NCBI RefSeq assembly: GCF_009914755.1
Contig: NC_060945.1
DNA from: the human T2T-CHM13v2.0 reference genome, Homo sapiens
Direction: 5' to 3' (one strand)
Length of the DNA: 64,000 nt
The notes under the pieces were generated by a model that did no database searches, was not told where the DNA came from, and saw only the letters and a list, made by a program, of their open reading frames with translations. This document shows, one piece after another, positions 62,141 to 64,000 of the stretch. Each line of letters starts with the position of its first letter. Positions within the stretch are counted from its first letter, which is position 1. The position numbers were made by a program, and so were the translations under genes.

Positions 62141-62468
62141 TCAGGCATTAAGGCCGTGGAAGACAGCAGCTCTGTCTGCTGGACCCTAAGAGCAAGCAGA
62201 AAGGGTGGAGGGAATAGCCACGCTCAGGCTACAGCGCGCTCCCAGCAGCCCGGCTGCGCCCAGCAACGTACTGAGCAATTTCCACCGGGGCAAAGGCCAC
62301 GCATGCCACAAAGGAACGAGGTCCCCCAGAAGTCACGGGCTGGCAGCTCACTTCCAGAAACTTCTGGTGTAGCAACAACATACAAGCCAACATTTATGAA
62401 CGCAGTGTGTGAGAGCAGAAACCTCTGGATCCCATGCATCTCTGCACTCACGAGTGGAGGCTCACTCA

Positions 62469-62585
<117 letters not shown>

Positions 62586-64000
62586 CTATCCCAATTCCAT
62601 CCTTTCCAGGGTCTCAAAAGAATGAGAATGGTCTCCCTTAAAAACCACATAAAAATAAACAGTTTACACAGACCGATGAGGGTTTTAAAAAGAAGCAACC
62701 ACAGGACACCAGAGCGGGAAGCGGATTGGCAGAGTCTGAGAAAGGGACGTGAGGGGAAAGCAAGGCCTTGGGAAGCCCCTGCAGACACAGCTGCAAACAG
62801 GAGCAGCATCCCTGAGATCCAGTGACCCAGGCTTGAGCAAACCCAACAAAGTGAACTAAATAAAAACAGGAAAAAATCAATTAGAGAGAAAACAATAGAT
62901 TTAGAAGACAAGACCCATCCTACATCTAACTGATATTTCCAAAAAATAACCAGTTCTCTGAAAAGGCCAGAGCGAAGTGTCTACTCCAGTGTCACCCTGT
63001 GGGACGTGGGACTTGTCTTTAACCAGCAGATCACGGCAGGGTTGATGGGTGCGGGTCCTGGGACCGAGGTCTGTGTGACCGCGACTCCCATGGTGCTAGC
63101 AGACTCCCTCTACCAACTCTCCCTTCTCGCTTTTGTGAAGATGCCATCTAGAGAGGCCCCGCAGCAGACGGCAGTCGGCAGCTTCCAGCTGAGGAATGGG
63201 ATCGTGCCGAGGACCCTGTGTGCTCAGAGGCAGATCCTTCCTCACTGGAAGCTCAGGCGAGACCCCAGTCCTGGCTAACACCCTGACTGAAGCCCGGAGA
63301 GACCCTGAGGCAGAGGACGACCTGCGAGGCCGCGCCTGGACTTCTGACACACAGAAACGGTGAAGTAATCAATGTGTGTTGTTCTAAGCCACTAGGTTTG
63401 TACTAATATTGTTACTCGGCAACAGGTAACAAATACAAATAGTCAAAGTACAAATTAGTAATATTAGCAATAAAAAGATAGAACTACAGATATGGTGAGA
63501 AATGACAAGAAAGTTTTATGTATTACATTTGCAAACTTAGAGAAAATATCTACAAATTAGAAAGATTAACTTATCAAAACTGGCTCAATCAAGAAATAGA
63601 GAACCTAAACAGTCCTAAAACTACTAAAAAAATGAGTCAAAATGTAAACTTTTCCCAGAAAAAAAACTCTAGGCCTAGGAATTTTATAAATGAATGCAAC
63701 TAAATTATCAGACACACTCATTCTAATCTCACACAAACTCTTCCAGAGAACAGAAAGGAGGAACACTCTCTAGCTCATTCTAGGAACCCAGAGAAATAAG
63801 ATATGGAAAAGTGAAAATTTCAGGCTCACTCATGAACACAGATGCAAAACTCCAAATTAAAACTGAGAAACTGCTGCCGGGCGCAGTGGCTCACGCCTTG
63901 TAATCCCAGCACTTTGGGAGATCGAGGTGGGCAGATCACGAGGTCAGGAGATTGAGACCACCCTGGCTAACATGGTGAAACCCCGTCTCTACTAAAAATA

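Overview
Human (or very close great-ape) genomic DNA that I recognise as the chr21q22.3 FTCD-SPATC1L-LSS interval. All three genes are on the minus strand in tandem. The window holds FTCD coding exons 1-12 plus its TATA promoter (exons 13-14 lie left of the window), the complete 340-codon SPATC1L CDS in 4 coding exons, and the last four coding exons and 3' UTR of LSS. Exon boundaries were read from GT-AG sites and the phases add up. The rest is GC-rich DNA packed with minisatellites (50-, 39-, 53-, 17/18- and 117-121-bp units; near-pure pyrimidine and purine tracts), solo LTRs (LTR12, LTR13, THE1, MER74-like), L1 remnants and Alus. Nearly all long ORFs in the ORF track are repeat or antisense artefacts. 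I see no new protein-coding system. The best leads are structural or regulatory: (i) a back-to-back LTR12/LTR13 pair in FTCD intron 10, where the sense LTR12 keeps its promoter motifs but has a degraded polyA signal; (ii) a ~96-copy 39-bp SPATC1L VNTR built on the PRDM9 hotspot 13-mer; (iii) a complex inversion/inverted-duplication scar between LSS and SPATC1L; (iv) an Alu with an apparent 3' transduction; (v) frame-preserving, stop-free introns in FTCD (VNTR-controlled) and SPATC1L; (vi) a direct repeat bracketing the FTCD promoter and exon 1. Repeat subfamily names and allele identities are from memory and need database confirmation.
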